From Antedon mediterranea (taxonomy: Eukaryota; Animalia; Echinodermata), in contig NC_092673.1 in the NCBI RefSeq assembly GCF_964355755.1, positions 27,897,648 through 27,961,647 of the forward strand: a DNA stretch of 64,000 nucleotides, in the 5' to 3' direction. Shown one piece after another: positions 61,401 to 64,000 of the stretch; positions within the stretch are counted from its first letter, which is position 1; each line of letters opens with the position of its first letter. The notes below the pieces were generated by a model. That model ran no database searches, had not been told where the DNA came from, and worked only from the letters and a program-made list of their open reading frames with translations. The position numbers and the translations under genes were made by a program.

Positions 61401-64000
61401 TCAACCACAGAGCCATCGACGACAAAGTCCTCGACTACTGAGCCTTTAACCACAGAATCGTCGACAACAGAGCCATCTACTACTGAGCCCTCAACAACTG
61501 AGCCATCAACTACTGAACCATCTACTACTGAACCATCAACGACAGCGCCCTCAACGACAGAGCCCTCAACGACTGAGCCATCAACAACAGAGTCATCGAC
61601 AACAGAGCCATCTACTACAAAGCCATCAACGACAGAGCCCTCAACAACAGAGCCATCTACTACTGAACCATCTACTACTGAACCATTTACTACTGAACCA
61701 TCAACAACAGAGCCCTCAACTACAGAGCCCTCAACTACTGAACCATCAACTACTGAACCATCGACAACAGAGCCCTCAACTACTGAGCCCTCAACTACTG
61801 ATCCCTCAACTACTGAGCCATCAACCACAGAACCATCTACTACTGAACCATCGACAACAGAGTCATCTACTACAGAGCCATCAACTACTGAACCCTCAAC
61901 CACAGAGCCATCGACTACTGAGCCTTCAACTACAGAGCCCTCAACTACTGAGCCATCAACCACAGAACCATCAACTACTGAACCATCGACAACAGAGCCA
62001 TCTACTACAGAGCCATCGACTACTGAACCATCTACTACTGAACCCTCAACTACTGAACCATCTACTACTGAACCCTCAACTACTGAACCATCTAATACAG
62101 AACCATCAACAACAGAACCCTCAACTACTGAGCCATCAACAACAGAGCCCTCAACTACGGAGCCATCAACTACAGAGCCCTCAACCACAGAGCCATCAAC
62201 CACAGAACCATCTACTACTGAACCATCGACAACAGAGCCATCTACTACAGAGCCATCGACTACTGAACCCTCAACTACTGAACCATCTACTACTGAACCA
62301 TCGACAACAGAGCCATCTACTACTGAACCATCGACAACAGAGCCATCTACTACAGAGCCATCGACTACTGAACTCTCAACTACTGATCCATCTACTACTG
62401 AACCATCAACTACTGAACCCTCAACTACTGAACCATCTAATACAGAACCATCAACAACAGAACCCTCAACTACTGAGCCATCAACAACAGAGCCCTCAAC
62501 TACGGAGCCATCAACTACAGAGCCCTCAACCACAGAGCCATCAACCACAGAACCATCTACTACTGAACCATCGACAACAGAGCCATCTACTACAGAGCCA
62601 TCGACTACTGAACCCTCAACTACTGAACCATCTACTACTGAACCATCGACAACAGAGCCATCTACTACTGAGCCATCAACAACAGAGCCCTCAACTACGG
62701 AGCCATCAACTACAGAGCCCTCAACCACAGAGCCATCAACCACAGAACCATCTACTACTGAACCATCGACAACAGAGCCATCTACTACAGAGCCATCGAC
62801 TACTGAACCCTCAACTACTGAACCATCTACTACTAAACCATCGACAACAGAGCCATCTACTACTGAACCATCAACAACAGAGCCCTCAACTACTGAACCA
62901 TCAACAACAGAGCCCCCAACTACTGAACCATCAACGACAGAGCCCTCAACTACTGAACCATCAACAACAGAGCCCTCAACTACTGAGCCATCAACTACAG
63001 AGCCATCTACTACTGAGCCATCAACAACAGAGCCATCTACTACTGAACCATCAACTACAGAGCCCTCAACTACTGAGCCATCTACTACTGAACCATCAAC
63101 AACAGAGCCCTCAACTACTGAGCCATCAACAACAGAGCCCTCGACTACTGAGCCATCAACCACTGAGCCCTCAACTACTGAGCCCTCAACCACTGAGCCA
63201 TCATCTACAGAGCCATCAACCACAGAGCCATCAACCACAGAACCATCTACCACTGAACCATCGACAACAGAGTCATCTACTACAGAGCCATCAACTACTG
63301 AACCCTCAACTACTGAACCATCTACTACTGAACCATCTACTACAGAACCATCAACGACAGAGCCTTCAACTACTGAACCATCTACTACTGAGCCATCAAC
63401 TACTGAACCATCAACAACAGAGCCCTCCAGCACAGAGCTATCAACAACAGAGCAATCTACTACAGAGCCATCGACTACTGAACCCTCAACTACTGAACCA
63501 TCTACTACTGAACCATCAACAACAGAGCCCTCAACTACTGAGCCATCAACAACAGAGCCCTCAACTACTGAGCCATCAACTACAGAGCCCTCAACCACAG
63601 AGCCATCGACTACTGAGCCATCGACTACTGAAATCTCAACTACTGAGCCATCAACTACAGATCCCTCAACTACTGAACCATCTACTACAGAACCATCAAC
63701 GACAGAGCCCTCAACTACTGAACCATCTACTACTGAGCCATCAACTACTGAACCATCAACAACAGAGCCCTCCACCACAGAGCCATCAACAACAGAGCAA
63801 TCTACTACAGAGCCATCGACTACTGAACCCTCAACTACTGAACCATCTACTACTGAACCATCAACAACAGAGCCCTCAACTACTGAGCCATCAACAACAG
63901 AGCCCTCAACTACTGAGCTATCAACTACAGAGCCCTCAACCACAGAGCCATCGACTACTGAGCCTTCAACTACAGAGCCCTCAACTACTGAGCCATCAAC
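58489..64000 (+). CDS. Third EPSTT exon, open to the window edge (>5.5 kb)
   Basis: tctttag|tt gaa aca aca gaa cca... phase-1 acceptor similar to that at 55692; uninterrupted 15-bp units. Confidence 0.85.

Overview
AT-rich, intron-containing animal DNA; an invertebrate deuterostome/echinoderm is my weak guess. (1) 688-8515 (+): the last 15 coding exons of an intact DNMT1 (BAH1 end, BAH2, GK linker, full C5-methyltransferase domain), all with GT/AG boundaries in compatible phase. (2) ~9.8-20.4 kb: a CpG/E2F-like promoter signal preceded by two abutting 28-bp CA..TG hairpins with perfect 7-bp duplications (P-element-like footprints), then colinear decayed DNMT1 exon relics. The last two are clear copies, suggesting a tandem DNMT1 pseudogene. 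(3) 16.7-36.4 kb: a dense transposon field with four non-autonomous Helitrons (one with a flipped terminal loop), TTAA and TAA MITEs, a 4.4-kb foldback structure holding a 150-bp satellite and a P-like MITE, and a hAT element with a nested MULE-like MITE. (4) 23999 to >64000 (+): a predicted secreted giant mucin-like gene, with a signal-peptide exon missing from the ORF track, an 18,012-bp stop-free (EPSTT)n exon, a 387-bp exon and a third repeat exon running off the window. All calls are by eye; no searches were run.
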